64,000 bases of DNA, taken from Nitrospirota bacterium (lineage in GTDB: Bacteria > Nitrospirota > Thermodesulfovibrionia > Thermodesulfovibrionales > Dissulfurispiraceae). Both the position numbers and the translations under genes were made by a program. Location of the stretch: contig CAVPZX010000004.1 in NCBI GenBank assembly GCA_963710375.1, positions 64,001 to 128,000 on the forward strand, written 5' to 3'. The notes under the pieces were generated by a model, which was not told the DNA's origin, made no database searches, and saw only the letters and a program-made list of their open reading frames with translations. Below, in pieces: positions 18,995-29,648 of this stretch (the first letter of the stretch is position 1; each line of letters opens with the position of its first letter).

Positions 18995-19783
18995 GTGGAT
19001 ATAGATAGCCTGAGAAAGATCGGTAAAGAGCTATTTTTTGAGATCGGGGGAATACGGTTAAAACCGTTTGCTTCGGCAGCCATAGGCAAAGGCGCCGGCG
19101 GTGACAAAACCTATCCCATTGACAAGCAGGCAGAGGATATTATTATCGCGGCTCTCGAAAATCTCCATGAACCACTGGATATTATTTCCGAAGAGGCCGG
19201 GGCAAGGCAAATTATGACCGGCGGCAAAAGGGTTTTGATCGATCCGATCGACGGCAGCAAGAATGCGATAAACGGTGTCCCGTTTTATTGCTCATCAATT
19301 GCTGTTGCTGATGGAGATACCATAGGGAGCATCTCGGCAGCTTACATAATAAACCTTCTTTCAGGAGATGAGTTCTGGGCGGAGAGGGGGCGCGGGGCTT
19401 TTTTCAACGCTGAAAAGATTTCCACTCAGCAGGAAGACCTTCTCTATCTTGTTGCATATGAGGCTCAGAGTCCAGGGCGTCATATTCCGCAGATAATGAA
19501 TCTGCTGGGCGAGGCCAGGAGGACACGCTGTCTTGGCTCCACTGCCCTGGACCTGGCATATCTCGCTTATGGCGCCATAAGTGTTTTTGTCTGCCCTTCG
19601 CCCTCGAGGAGCTTTGATTTTGGCGCAGGATGGCTCATGGTGACAGAGGCCGGCGGCACCTTCACTGATATCGATGGAAACTCAATTGCAGACCTGGTCG
19701 CCGGGCTTGAAAAAAGCGCTCCTCTTCTGGCTTCGGGCAGCAAGGCGCTGCACGAAAGGGCCCTGAAACTTTTACATGGCTGA
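18995..19783 (+). CDS. Inositol monophosphatase / FBPase class IV family protein
   Basis: ISEE, IDPIDGS, LGSTALDLAY, FDFGAG motifs. Confidence 0.88.
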   Translation: MDIDSLRKIGKELFFEIGGIRLKPFASAAIGKGAGGDKTYPIDKQAEDIIIAALENLHEPLDIISEEAGARQIMTGGKRVLIDPIDGSKNAINGVPFYCSSIAVADGDTIGSISAAYIINLLSGDEFWAERGRGAFFNAEKISTQQEDLLYLVAYEAQSPGRHIPQIMNLLGEARRTRCLGSTALDLAYLAYGAISVFVCPSPSRSFDFGAGWLMVTEAGGTFTDIDGNSIADLVAGLEKSAPLLASGSKALHERALKLLHG

Positions 19784-22451
19784 AACCATCCCGTTCCTTT
19801 TCATCTCTGCTGCAACAAAATACCGGGACAGGCGCTTGTTTCGCTTTTTTGACGGCTCATGGAAAACCATGAGCTATGGTGATTTTTTTTCGCTCACCGA
19901 GGGTGTCTCGGCCTTGCTGGCTGAATATGATGTCCTCAAGGGTGACAGGATCGCTATTGTCTCGGAGAACAGGCCGGAGTGGTGCGCATCATATATTGCT
20001 TCAGTGGGGCGCGGCTGTATCGTTGTTCCTATTGATATTCAGTTGGGCAGTGATGAGATTAGAAATCTTCTAATGGATTCCGGAACAAAGATAGCATTCT
20101 GCAGTAATAAAACCGAGAGCAATCTCATAAGTGCGATAGAAGGGACCGGGATAAGGGAAATTAATTTTGACGCGAAAGCAATTTTGCCGCTCGATCCATC
20201 CGTCACGCCATCATTCCAGAACCATGTCGCTCCCGGTGATATTGCGTCAATCATCTATACATCTGGGACGACAGGAAAACCAAAAGGAGTCATGCTCACT
20301 CACAGCAATTTCTGTTCTGACGCCGAAGCGTTGATCAAGGTGGATTTAGTGCGGCAGAACGACAATATATTAGCCGTCCTTCCTCTGCACCACACTTATC
20401 CTTTTATGTGCACCTTTCTGCTCCCCCTCTTTGTGGGAGCGACTATTACTTTCGGACCCGGTCTGAAGGCATCCGATCTGCTGTCAGCGATAAAGGAAAA
20501 CGGCGTTACGGTGGTTGCCGGCGTGCCTAGACTATTCGATATGGTCAGCAAAGGCATACTGTCCAGGATCAGGGAGAGGGGAGCTGCGTTATCGGGTGTG
20601 TTATTCGGTATGCTGAGGATGTCCGGCGTGCTCAGAAGAAGATTCGGTCTCAATATAGGGCGTATTGTTTTCGCCTCTGTTCACAAAAGTTTTAGGGGGA
20701 TAAGATTTTTTGCAAGCGGCGGTGCACGGCTTGATCCACAGGTAATGAGCGACCTAGAGGCCCTGGGTTTTACACTCCTCGAAGGATATGGGTTGACCGA
20801 AACAGCACCGGTGATCACTTTTAACCCGCTTGAGAAAAGGAAGCCGGGTTCGGCAGGGAAACCGCTGCCCGGCGTCGGGATAAAGATAATGGACGACGGC
20901 GAGATTCTTGCTAAAGGCCCAATGGTTATGAAGGGATACTATGAAAATGAAGATGCGACACGTGAGGTCATAAAGGATGGCTGGCTTTTTACCGGAGATC
21001 TCGGCCATGTTGATGAAGACGGCTATCTTTTTATTACAGGTAGAAAGAAGGAAGTTATTGTGCTTAGTTCCGGGAAAAACATATACCCTGAAGACGTTGA
21101 GAGTGCGTATATCGCAATATCCCTGATAAAAGAAATATGTGTTGCAGGCAGTGAGCATAACGGGATAGTTGATGGAATCCTGGCAGTAATCGTGCCTGAT
21201 TTTGAGTATGCTAGACAGCACTCGATAGGGAATATAAATGATGAACTAAGCTGGAAGATAAGCGAGGTGTCTGCGCGATTGCCTGAGTTTATGAGGATCA
21301 GGGGATATACCCTTTCCTCTGAAACGCTGCCCCGCACGCCACTCGGAAAGTTGAGGCGATTTATGGTGCAGGACTTTATTGGTGAAAGGGGGCATCCGTC
21401 GCAGACCATGCTGAAAGAGGACAGTCAGCTTATGGAAGACCCGGTGGGCATGAAGGTCGCAGAGTGCATTATTCCGCTGGTCGCTGATGGCGTAATCATC
21501 CATGCTCTCGATAATCTTGAACTGGACCTCGGTTTCGACTCGTTAAGAAAAATAGAACTTATGGCATCTCTGGAGAGATCATTTGTTGTTGATCTTCCTG
21601 AAACCTTTATTTCAGAAGCGCATACGGTGGGAGATATAGTTGCAGCACTTAAACCGCATCACGGCGCAGAAATATCAGGCAGTGGGGTGGCCCAAGTGTC
21701 GTACCCCCCAAAGTCTCACGACTTTTCGGGGACCCCTGTGCCGTGGAAGGCTATTCTCGACAAAGAGCCGTCTCCCGCAGATGCGAACAAAATCGGATAT
21801 ACGCAGAGTCCTGCGGAGCTTGCCCTTCTTTATGTGTTTATTATGGGATTGAAGCTTTTCTGCAAACTTCTGTTCCGGCTAAAAGTAGAGGGCCGGGAGC
21901 ACATACCCGATGAAGGCCCCTATGTCATAACTCCCAATCATGCCAGTTATCTGGATGGCTTTATTATTGCGGCAGCGGTGCCTTTCAGCGTATTCAGGAA
22001 ACTTCATTATCTGGGTGTGCAGGAATTTTTTACCGGAGGGATCAAGTCATGGGTTGGGCGCATGGGGCATGTCATCCCTGTCAATGCTGAGATATATCTG
22101 CACAAGGCGCTGCAGTTGTCTTCATATGTCCTGAAAAGGAGGAGATCCCTTTGCATATTCCCGGAGGGCGGCCGCTCATTTGACGGCAGTGTTATGCCGT
22201 TTAAAAAGGGAATCGGGGTGCTGGCGCTCGAAATGAACGTGCCGGTAGTGCCCGCTTGCATTGACGGGACCTTCAAGGCACTCCAGAGGGGGGCTTTTTT
22301 TATTCGTCCGGTGCCGGTAAGAGTTGTTTTTGGAGAGAAAATACTGCCCTCGCGCGCTATGGGGAAAGGGGCATCGCCTGACCTTGACGAGCATCAACTT
22401 TTTGCTGATGACCTGAGAAAGCGTGTTATTATGCTCTCGCATAAGTTTTGA
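19776..22451 (+). CDS. Acyl-CoA synthetase (AMP-binding) + acyl carrier + PlsC acyltransferase fusion (Aas-like)
   Basis: YTSGTTGKPKG, GYGLTE, TGDLG; LGFDSL phosphopantetheine site; NHASYLD and FPEG. Confidence 0.9.
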   Translation: MAETIPFLFISAATKYRDRRLFRFFDGSWKTMSYGDFFSLTEGVSALLAEYDVLKGDRIAIVSENRPEWCASYIASVGRGCIVVPIDIQLGSDEIRNLLMDSGTKIAFCSNKTESNLISAIEGTGIREINFDAKAILPLDPSVTPSFQNHVAPGDIASIIYTSGTTGKPKGVMLTHSNFCSDAEALIKVDLVRQNDNILAVLPLHHTYPFMCTFLLPLFVGATITFGPGLKASDLLSAIKENGVTVVAGVPRLFDMVSKGILSRIRERGAALSGVLFGMLRMSGVLRRRFGLNIGRIVFASVHKSFRGIRFFASGGARLDPQVMSDLEALGFTLLEGYGLTETAPVITFNPLEKRKPGSAGKPLPGVGIKIMDDGEILAKGPMVMKGYYENEDATREVIKDGWLFTGDLGHVDEDGYLFITGRKKEVIVLSSGKNIYPEDVESAYIAISLIKEICVAGSEHNGIVDGILAVIVPDFEYARQHSIGNINDELSWKISEVSARLPEFMRIRGYTLSSETLPRTPLGKLRRFMVQDFIGERGHPSQTMLKEDSQLMEDPVGMKVAECIIPLVADGVIIHALDNLELDLGFDSLRKIELMASLERSFVVDLPETFISEAHTVGDIVAALKPHHGAEISGSGVAQVSYPPKSHDFSGTPVPWKAILDKEPSPADANKIGYTQSPAELALLYVFIMGLKLFCKLLFRLKVEGREHIPDEGPYVITPNHASYLDGFIIAAAVPFSVFRKLHYLGVQEFFTGGIKSWVGRMGHVIPVNAEIYLHKALQLSSYVLKRRRSLCIFPEGGRSFDGSVMPFKKGIGVLALEMNVPVVPACIDGTFKALQRGAFFIRPVPVRVVFGEKILPSRAMGKGASPDLDEHQLFADDLRKRVIMLSHKF

Positions 22452-22734
22452 ACGTCGGTGATCACAATATAATACTGGCTGATATATGTTAGACGATGAA
22501 AACATACCAATAATCAGCAAGGACGTAGAGGGGAACCACGGCCGAATTTTTCCATAAAGATTGGAATTAATCCATCTCCATACTGTATAACATTCCTAAG
22601 AAATCCCAATAAATCAAAAAGATAGTACATTGAGTCGTCTGGCATATCTTTTGCTCTCTTCTGCAGAGTTATTGATTATGGCCGTTATAACAGGATACAA
22701 TACACGATCAATAGCCAATATTGAAGGGCACTAT

Positions 22735-23688
22735 ATGACACGTATTACAACCAGAGCACACTTGAGTATCTCGTTCGGCAGAGCCTTGAAATCCGAAATT
22801 AGGATGGGTCTGATTTTGGCGTTGCTGCTTCTTTGCTGCCTTTCTCCATCGGCTGCCGTCGGCGGGGCAACTGAGGATTTGCCGCGCGCTGCGGTCGGCA
22901 TTTCGGAGCAGATGTATCATGATATTGACGCCAGAGATGCCGCTGCTGCTTTTAAAATTTGGATGGCCGAGCTTGCTGATAAGACCGGCTTTAGATGCGA
23001 AACCGTCATGTATCCCGACATTCACAGTCTTGTCGAGGATTTCCAGAAGGGTCGGATTGATATGGCCTCGCTCTCTCCTTTGGCATTTTTTAAATATGAA
23101 ACAGTACTGCAGTCGGACCCTGCAGTTATCGGGGTCAGACATGGAACGGCATCGTGGCGCTACGTTGTTTTGGTTTCAGCCGATCATCCATATGGGAGCA
23201 TCAACTCCCTGAAAGGCCTCAGGCTTGCTATCACCCAAAACGACGATTTGGCGCTCCTCTATCTGAACACCCTTCTGCTCCGTGAGGGTCATCAGGAAAT
23301 GGACCGTTTTTTTTCAACAGTGCTGAACAAGCCAAAACCTTCGCAGACTATCAATGCAGTCTATTTTGGAGCAGCAGATGTCTGCGTGACGACCGAGCAG
23401 GCATTTCAAATCATGACCGAGATGAATCCGCAGGTTGGCAGAAAGCTCAAGATAGTAAGCATATCTCCAGGACTGCTGCAAGGAGTTGGTATATATCGTC
23501 ATTCTTATCCAAAAGACCTCCGGAAAAGGATAGAGGCGGTTTTCCGCAACTTTAAAACATATCCTCGCGGCAAACAGGTGCTGACACTGTTTCAGATTGA
23601 TGATCTTGAAATCCCAAGCAGCCATGATTTTGATGAGACTCGGAAGCTCTACCGCGAATACTTGCGTCTGAAAGGAAAGAAGCAGTGA
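22735..23688 (+). CDS. PhnD/SsuA/transferrin-family periplasmic substrate-binding protein linked to a sensor kinase
   Basis: Signal peptide, YVVLV..., AVYFGAADVC, EMNPQVGRKL, GKQVLTLF; start uncertain (22735 or 22804). Confidence 0.75.
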   Translation: MTRITTRAHLSISFGRALKSEIRMGLILALLLLCCLSPSAAVGGATEDLPRAAVGISEQMYHDIDARDAAAAFKIWMAELADKTGFRCETVMYPDIHSLVEDFQKGRIDMASLSPLAFFKYETVLQSDPAVIGVRHGTASWRYVVLVSADHPYGSINSLKGLRLAITQNDDLALLYLNTLLLREGHQEMDRFFSTVLNKPKPSQTINAVYFGAADVCVTTEQAFQIMTEMNPQVGRKLKIVSISPGLLQGVGIYRHSYPKDLRKRIEAVFRNFKTYPRGKQVLTLFQIDDLEIPSSHDFDETRKLYREYLRLKGKKQ

Positions 23689-23956
23689 GCGCATTAATAA
23701 CAGGAGCGGAACTGTTTCCCAAGCGGGAACGGCTGCTCTGGTGTTTTGCAGTGTTTCTTGTGGCATGCTGTCTTGCGCATTTGCATGTCCTGTCTTAAGC
23801 AGCCGAGTAATCGATGCGTTTCTGCTATATCTCAGGATATTGTTGACACTGCTCAGGTCGGATGGTCTAGCTCCTGTCACCGATTACGACCTGCGATTCA
23901 CGGTGGCTCTCATAGAAGAATACCGAAGGTTGAAGTTGAAAGGGAATAAACTATGA
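23685..23956 (+). pseudogene. Internally deleted relic of a second PhnD-like binding-protein gene
   Basis: Signal-peptide-like start overlapping the upstream stop; C-terminus LTLLRSDGL...EEYRRLKLKG resembles LTLFQIDDL...REYLRLKGKK of the upstream gene. Confidence 0.5.
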
Positions 23957-26682
23957 AAAGCGGTATATTCATTCGGACCTTTATTCTCGTTTTGCTCGTT
24001 CCGAGCCTGGTTATCGTCTTTTTTACACTTCTCTCAATTCCTCGTGAACGGCATGCCCTGTTGGAATCTATGGCGGCACAGTCGAGGGGAATGATATCTA
24101 CAGCAGCCGAAATCAACGCCAACACGTTCGCCTCGAATGACTACGGAGCGATTGTCAACATGGCCGGCCAGATAGTCAGAATCAACCCGGCAGTCCGCTA
24201 TCTGCTGATCGCCCGTTCCGATGGTCCGTGCATTGTGACTTTTCAAGAGAAATGGGAAGAGCATCAATCTGGAGATGGACTCTGCACCGCTGCATTAGCA
24301 TCAGGGAACGGGATTGCGGAAAGCAATCCTGTGACACGGGAACGTGCCTATATATTTACCTATCACCTGAATTACTCCGGGATTGAATGGGGATTTGCCC
24401 AACTCGGAATGTCGGCAGATGCATACGATGCCGGGATGAGAAGCATCTATGTAAACATCGTGCTCATAGCTACGACAAGCATTGCCGTTGCAGCTCTGTT
24501 AGCCTTCCTGTTCGCCAAGCAGCTGACAAATCCACTGCTGCATCTGCGTGCGACAACAGACCGTATCATGCAGGGGGACCTCACTGCCCGCGCTGATGTT
24601 AGGAACTTTGATGAGATAGGCATGCTCGCAATATCCTTCAACGCAATGACTGAGTCTATGATTGCTTCGCAGATCGCGCTCAAGAAGGCGAAGACTGCAG
24701 CGGAAGCGGCAAATGTGGCAAAGGGCGAGTTTCTGGCTAACATGAGTCATGAAATCCGCACCCCGATGAACGGCATAATGGGGATGACCGGTTTGCTTCT
24801 AGACACAGGGCTTTCTGAGGAGCAGAGGAACTATGCCGAGATGTTGCGCTCAAGCGGCGAGTTGTTGCTGGGCCTGATCAACGATATCCTTGACTTCTCC
24901 AAGATAGAGGCAGGCAAACTGGAGATAGAGACAATAGAGTTTGATCTGAGAAACACGCTTGAAGAGACTGCTGAGTTTATGGCCTTGAGGGCCTATGAAA
25001 AGGGTCTTGAGTTAATATGCCGGATAGACCCCGGCGTCCACACATTCCTTATAGGCGACCCTGGCCGGCTTCGCCAGGTATTAGTGAACCTGATAGGGAA
25101 TGCCATCAAGTTCACCTCAGTGGGCGAGGTGGTTATCGAAGCAGTGACGGAATATGAGAGAGACGGTCAGATAGCGGTGCGTTTCAATATAAGGGATACC
25201 GGCATTGGTATAGCGGAAGACAAACTGCCTTTATTGTTTGACAGTTTTCAGCAGGTTGATGCCTCGACATCGAGGAAGTTTGGCGGCAGCGGCCTTGGGT
25301 TGGCAATATCGAAACGTCTGGTTGAACTAATGAACGGCAGGATTGGGGTTGAAAGCATAGAAGGGAAGGGTTCCAACTTCTGGTTTACAGCAGTGTTCGA
25401 TAAGTGGAGCGTGCCGGACAGTAGTAAAGTGCCTCCATTTGCCGATATCAGCGGGGTGAGGATACTGTCGGTAGACGACAATGCGGTGAACCGCATCGTA
25501 ATTGCAGAGCAGATGAAGTCGTGGGGAGTGCGCCATGCCGAGGCCGGGGGAGCTTTAACGGCAATGGAGATGCTCCATGCTGCTCAAGCTGAAGGGGACC
25601 CTTTTAGGGTTGTAGTTACTGATATGCAAATGCCTGGCATGGATGGCGAAGCCCTTGCCAGGGCCATCAAGGCAGACCCTGTTTTGAGGGACACTTTGCT
25701 GATTATGCTGACATCCAGTGGAGTGAGGGGAGATTCAAAGAGGTTTGCGAGCCTTGGATTTTCCGCATATCTTACCAAACCTGTAAGGATGTTCCAACTG
25801 CACAACTGCATAGCCGCAGTCCTTGGTGGGAGCTGTCTGCATGAAAAGGAGGAAGCCGCTATTGTTACGACGCATTGGCTTCGTGAGGCATCCAGGCAGA
25901 ATGCGCGCATTCTACTGGTGGAGGATAACAAAGTGAATAAACTGGTGGCAGAGGGCATTCTGGGCAAATTGGGGTTTATTGCTGACACTGCTGACAATGG
26001 CCAGCAGGCGATCAATATGCTGGAAGCCGCTTCTTACGACATAGTCTTCATGGATGTGCAGATGCCTGTTATGGATGGGTATCAGGCGACCATGGCTATC
26101 CGGGGCGGCAAGACAAAGGCAGCGAATCCCAATGTACCAATTATTGCAATGACAGCCCATGCCATGACGGGTGACAGAGAGAAATGCCTGCAATGTGGGA
26201 TGGACGATTATATCTCAAAGCCGATCTCTCCGAGGAAATTGTCCAAGGTGCTCGAAAAATGGCTGCCACAGGCGCGGGTCAAGTTGCCGGCTGCAACTGA
26301 TACGACCCATGATAAGACAGCAGCGGCAGTAGAAGCATTGCCGGTCTTTGACTATGAGGGGCTAATGGAGCGCATAATGGATGACAAGGGTTTGGCCGGA
26401 ACAATCGTTACGGCATTCATGAAAGAAATACCCTGGATGGTTGATGACCTCAGGGTGCAGATAGCGCGGGGCGATGCGGGACTTGCGGGCAGACAAGCCC
26501 ACAAGATCAAGGGGGCAGCGTCCAACACAGGATGTATGGCAATGAGCGCCATAGCAGCTGATATGCAGAAGGCCGGAGAACAAGGGGAAATGGAGACACT
26601 GATTGCACTTATGCCTGAGCTCGATAGCCAGCTTGAGTTACTGAAGGCTAAAGTCAAAGACTCGGGACTATTAACATCTTAA
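23953..26682 (+). CDS. Hybrid sensor histidine kinase (HAMP-HisKA-HATPase-REC-REC-HPt)
   Basis: [53 protein letters not shown]. Confidence 0.95.
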   Translation: MKSGIFIRTFILVLLVPSLVIVFFTLLSIPRERHALLESMAAQSRGMISTAAEINANTFASNDYGAIVNMAGQIVRINPAVRYLLIARSDGPCIVTFQEKWEEHQSGDGLCTAALASGNGIAESNPVTRERAYIFTYHLNYSGIEWGFAQLGMSADAYDAGMRSIYVNIVLIATTSIAVAALLAFLFAKQLTNPLLHLRATTDRIMQGDLTARADVRNFDEIGMLAISFNAMTESMIASQIALKKAKTAAEAANVAKGEFLANMSHEIRTPMNGIMGMTGLLLDTGLSEEQRNYAEMLRSSGELLLGLINDILDFSKIEAGKLEIETIEFDLRNTLEETAEFMALRAYEKGLELICRIDPGVHTFLIGDPGRLRQVLVNLIGNAIKFTSVGEVVIEAVTEYERDGQIAVRFNIRDTGIGIAEDKLPLLFDSFQQVDASTSRKFGGSGLGLAISKRLVELMNGRIGVESIEGKGSNFWFTAVFDKWSVPDSSKVPPFADISGVRILSVDDNAVNRIVIAEQMKSWGVRHAEAGGALTAMEMLHAAQAEGDPFRVVVTDMQMPGMDGEALARAIKADPVLRDTLLIMLTSSGVRGDSKRFASLGFSAYLTKPVRMFQLHNCIAAVLGGSCLHEKEEAAIVTTHWLREASRQNARILLVEDNKVNKLVAEGILGKLGFIADTADNGQQAINMLEAASYDIVFMDVQMPVMDGYQATMAIRGGKTKAANPNVPIIAMTAHAMTGDREKCLQCGMDDYISKPISPRKLSKVLEKWLPQARVKLPAATDTTHDKTAAAVEALPVFDYEGLMERIMDDKGLAGTIVTAFMKEIPWMVDDLRVQIARGDAGLAGRQAHKIKGAASNTGCMAMSAIAADMQKAGEQGEMETLIALMPELDSQLELLKAKVKDSGLLTS

Positions 26683-26700
26683 TGATATGATAGATAATAG

Positions 26701-26729
26701 TTGACTTATGCGCTCAAGTTTTATATAAT
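26701..26729 (+). promoter_or_regulatory. sigma70 promoter TTGACT-N17-TATAAT
   Basis: Near-consensus promoter directly before the structured RNA. Confidence 0.85.
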
Positions 26730-26735
26730 TGAATT

Positions 26736-26961
26736 GGAGAGAGGGGGACTCTCTCTCTGACCTTTCTCCATGTAAGGTGCTCGGTACGGGAGAAAGGAAC
26801 CTCGAAAGAGGCGAAGGGACTGCAGAAGACAGCCCCGGGTTAGCTGCCGGAAATGAAGCAATGCGGTATCGGCGGCTAACCAAAGAGGTTACCAGGCGTG
26901 TTCTGGCAACCTTTAAAAAGTGAGGTAGGCGGCTTAGGTGCCATCTACCTCTTGTTTTTTT
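26736..26961 (+). ncRNA. Putative structured small RNA (~225 nt, 7 consecutive hairpins); family not recognised
   Basis: Own promoter, contiguous stem-loops, terminal hairpin plus T-tract, no credible ORF. Confidence 0.7.
26922..26961 (+). terminator. Intrinsic terminator
   Basis: GAGGTAGGCGGC-TTAG-GTGCCATCTACCTC followed by TTGTTTTTTT. Confidence 0.8.
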
Positions 26962-27142
26962 GTAGTGGGCCAATTTGTCGCACCCGATGAAAAAGGTATG
27001 CGCATACCAGTCGACGGGCCAAAAAGTGTCCTTTTAAAATTCATCCTTAATCAATCGAAGAAAACAAAGACAAGGCATACTTCAAAATGTATCCCATTAA
27101 CAGCCGGGTTGAGGCCTGGCTCAAAGGAGAGTTGGGGATATA

Positions 27143-27197
27143 GTTAACGCAAAGATAACATTGCTGTAATATAGCGGTAACGTTCGTTTGTTATAAA
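27143..27197 (+). promoter_or_regulatory. Four 11-bp-periodic direct repeats (Pho-box/OmpR-family-like) plus extended -10
   Basis: GTTAAC(27143), GATAAC(27154), TGTAAT(27165), GGTAAC(27176); TGnTATAAA at 27189-27197. Confidence 0.7.
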
Positions 27198-27203
27198 TAA
27201 TGC

Positions 27204-29648
27204 ATGGCTAAATTTTACAAGGCCGACCTGCATGTGCATTCAAGCCATTCCAACAAGCCCTCAGTGTGGGCGCTGAGAAAGTTTAATTGTCCCGAAAGCT
27301 ACACATCTCCGATGTACATTTATAATACCGCCAAAAAGAAGGGGATGGATTATGTGACCATAACAGACCATAACTCCATTGGCGGCGCTCTCGAGATAGC
27401 CCATCTCCCCGGCGCATTCATAAGCGCTGAAATGACAACCTACCTCCCCGATGACGGGAGCAAGCTGCATGTGGTTGCCCTGAACATTAATGAAGATATT
27501 TTTAATGATCTGATGCATTTGAGGACAAATATATATGATCTGACCGGATACCTGCGGCAGCACAATATCGTGCACTATATAGCCCACCCTCTTTATGACA
27601 TGAACGAGCGGCTCTCTGTTGTCACGATAGAGAAGCTCCTCCTCCTCTTTGAAGTATTTGAGACGAAAAACGGTTCGAGGGCCAAACGCTACAGCAGGCT
27701 GATTGCGAACATGCTCTCCTCGCTTACGAGGGAAAAGATGGAACAACTTGCCAATAAGCACGGCATTGTACCATACGGTGAACTTCCCTGGATAAAATCG
27801 GTCGTTGCAGGCTCTGACGACCATAGCGGTTTCTTCGTCGGAAGGGCATACACGGCGTCAAAAAGCGGAGAGACCCTTGAGGATTTTATCAAATCGATCA
27901 CGGAACAAAAGACATGGGCTGCAGGCGACGACGGCGATGCGTTGACCCTCGCTCACAGCATTTACGGCATCGGCTACCGTTTTTTCAAGGAGCGTTTTGA
28001 TACTAAGAAAGGCAGTTCTTTTCCTTTCATCAATGCACTGCTTAACAGGGTGTTCAACTCGCACCAGGAGAAGTCTTCTCTCATCGATAAAATTAATCTT
28101 CTTATCAGGAAAAACATCCCCGAGATGTACAGCGGTTATGACGGAAAAACGTTCGAAGAAATCCTTGACCGGGAAGCCAGGCTATTGTTGAACGATGCTA
28201 AATTCCTCGAGACCATCAACACCGCCAGTATAAACAGGAAGGTGTTTACTGTTACGAGCTATCTTGCAAACAGGCTTATATACATCTATACTGAGCGGTT
28301 GACCCGTATGCAGCTATCCACGGGTATTCTGAATATTGCAAATTCATTGAGCACCATAGGCTTCGTTCATCTCCTGGCATCTCCTTATTATATTTCTTTC
28401 CATCACCAGCACAGAAGCAAACAGTTGATCAAGTCCCTTGAAGAGGAGTTCCTGCCGGACAGCAAAGCGGGAGACAGACAGAAGATTGCACTCTTTACCG
28501 ATACGCTCCATGAAATCAACGGTGTTGCAATGACCATAAAAAGACTAATCGAGACAGCAAGAAAACAGGGTATAGAGTTAGTGGTTATCACTTCAACCAA
28601 TGAAGAAACGGGCTTCAAAGATGGTGTAATGAACTTCAAATCCATCGGCGACTTCGCTCTTCCGGAGTACCCGGACCTTAAGCTCCACTTCCCGCCAATT
28701 CTCGATATCATAGATTATTTCGAAAAGGAAGAATTCAGCAGGATACATGTGAGCACGCCTGGAACACTCGGTCTCTTAGCCCTTTTCATTGCCAAACTTA
28801 TGTATATGCCTATATCAGGCACTTATCACACCGATATCCCTCAGTATGTAAAGAGTCTCACCAATGATACCTTTCTGGAAAATGTTGCCTGGAACTATAT
28901 GATATGGTTTTACAACCTGATGGAAGAGGTGATGGTCCCTTCATCAAGCACCAGAGAGCAACTCATTCAAAGAGGGCTCGCAGCCGGAAAAGCAAAACCG
29001 CTGCCCAGATGGGTAGATACGGATATATTCTCTCCTGCAAAGAAGGACCCTTACCTCTGGCGCAGATACGGGTTGGATGACTCCGTCAAATTCCTTTATG
29101 TCGGAAGGGTTTCAAAAGAGAAGAATCTTGAGATACTTGCCACATCTTTTATGGCCATTATAGATGCCGGGAATACATGCGATTTAATTATCGCGGGTGA
29201 CGGACCTTACAGGAAAGAGCTTGAGCAGATGCTGCAAGGGTATCCGGTGCTGTTTACCGGCTTCCTTTCGGGTGCAGAATTGCATACCACCTATGCGTCA
29301 TCGGATGTTTTTGTTTTTCCGAGCACTACCGATACATTCGGTAATGTAGTGCTTGAGGCACAGGCATCCGGTCTGCCGGTTATCGTCTCTGACGAAGGGG
29401 GACCGAAAGAGTTGATCCTGGATGGCAGAACAGGCATAGTAGTAAAGGCCCACAGCAGCCGGGCACTGATTGACGCCATGAGCTTCTTCTTAAGAGACAG
29501 GCTCGTCATATCCCGGATGGGGATGGAAGCGCGTTATTTTACCGAAAACAGCGGAATTCGTGCCAACGAAGCATACTGTACCATACTCCGTAGCAATTCT
29601 ATAAGTGGAGAACTATGTCCCGCGCAGGGAAACCCGGTACAGGCATAA
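27204..29648 (+). CDS. PHP-domain + GT4 glycosyltransferase fusion
   Basis: DLHVHS, ITDHN, AHP, GSDDH (PHP); YVGRVSKEKNL, FPSTTDTFGNVVLEAQASG (GT4). Confidence 0.9.
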   Translation: MAKFYKADLHVHSSHSNKPSVWALRKFNCPESYTSPMYIYNTAKKKGMDYVTITDHNSIGGALEIAHLPGAFISAEMTTYLPDDGSKLHVVALNINEDIFNDLMHLRTNIYDLTGYLRQHNIVHYIAHPLYDMNERLSVVTIEKLLLLFEVFETKNGSRAKRYSRLIANMLSSLTREKMEQLANKHGIVPYGELPWIKSVVAGSDDHSGFFVGRAYTASKSGETLEDFIKSITEQKTWAAGDDGDALTLAHSIYGIGYRFFKERFDTKKGSSFPFINALLNRVFNSHQEKSSLIDKINLLIRKNIPEMYSGYDGKTFEEILDREARLLLNDAKFLETINTASINRKVFTVTSYLANRLIYIYTERLTRMQLSTGILNIANSLSTIGFVHLLASPYYISFHHQHRSKQLIKSLEEEFLPDSKAGDRQKIALFTDTLHEINGVAMTIKRLIETARKQGIELVVITSTNEETGFKDGVMNFKSIGDFALPEYPDLKLHFPPILDIIDYFEKEEFSRIHVSTPGTLGLLALFIAKLMYMPISGTYHTDIPQYVKSLTNDTFLENVAWNYMIWFYNLMEEVMVPSSSTREQLIQRGLAAGKAKPLPRWVDTDIFSPAKKDPYLWRRYGLDDSVKFLYVGRVSKEKNLEILATSFMAIIDAGNTCDLIIAGDGPYRKELEQMLQGYPVLFTGFLSGAELHTTYASSDVFVFPSTTDTFGNVVLEAQASGLPVIVSDEGGPKELILDGRTGIVVKAHSSRALIDAMSFFLRDRLVISRMGMEARYFTENSGIRANEAYCTILRSNSISGELCPAQGNPVQA

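Noticed and set aside
26829..26881. CCGGAAATGAAGCA resembles SRP RNA domain IV
   Set aside because: The CAGG...GGAA...AGCA pairing geometry and the single long hairpin of 4.5S RNA are missing
26729..26923. 64-aa ORF (and antisense 26671-26973 ORF) over the structured region
   Set aside because: It starts inside the -10 box with no SD, and the sequence is better explained by RNA stems
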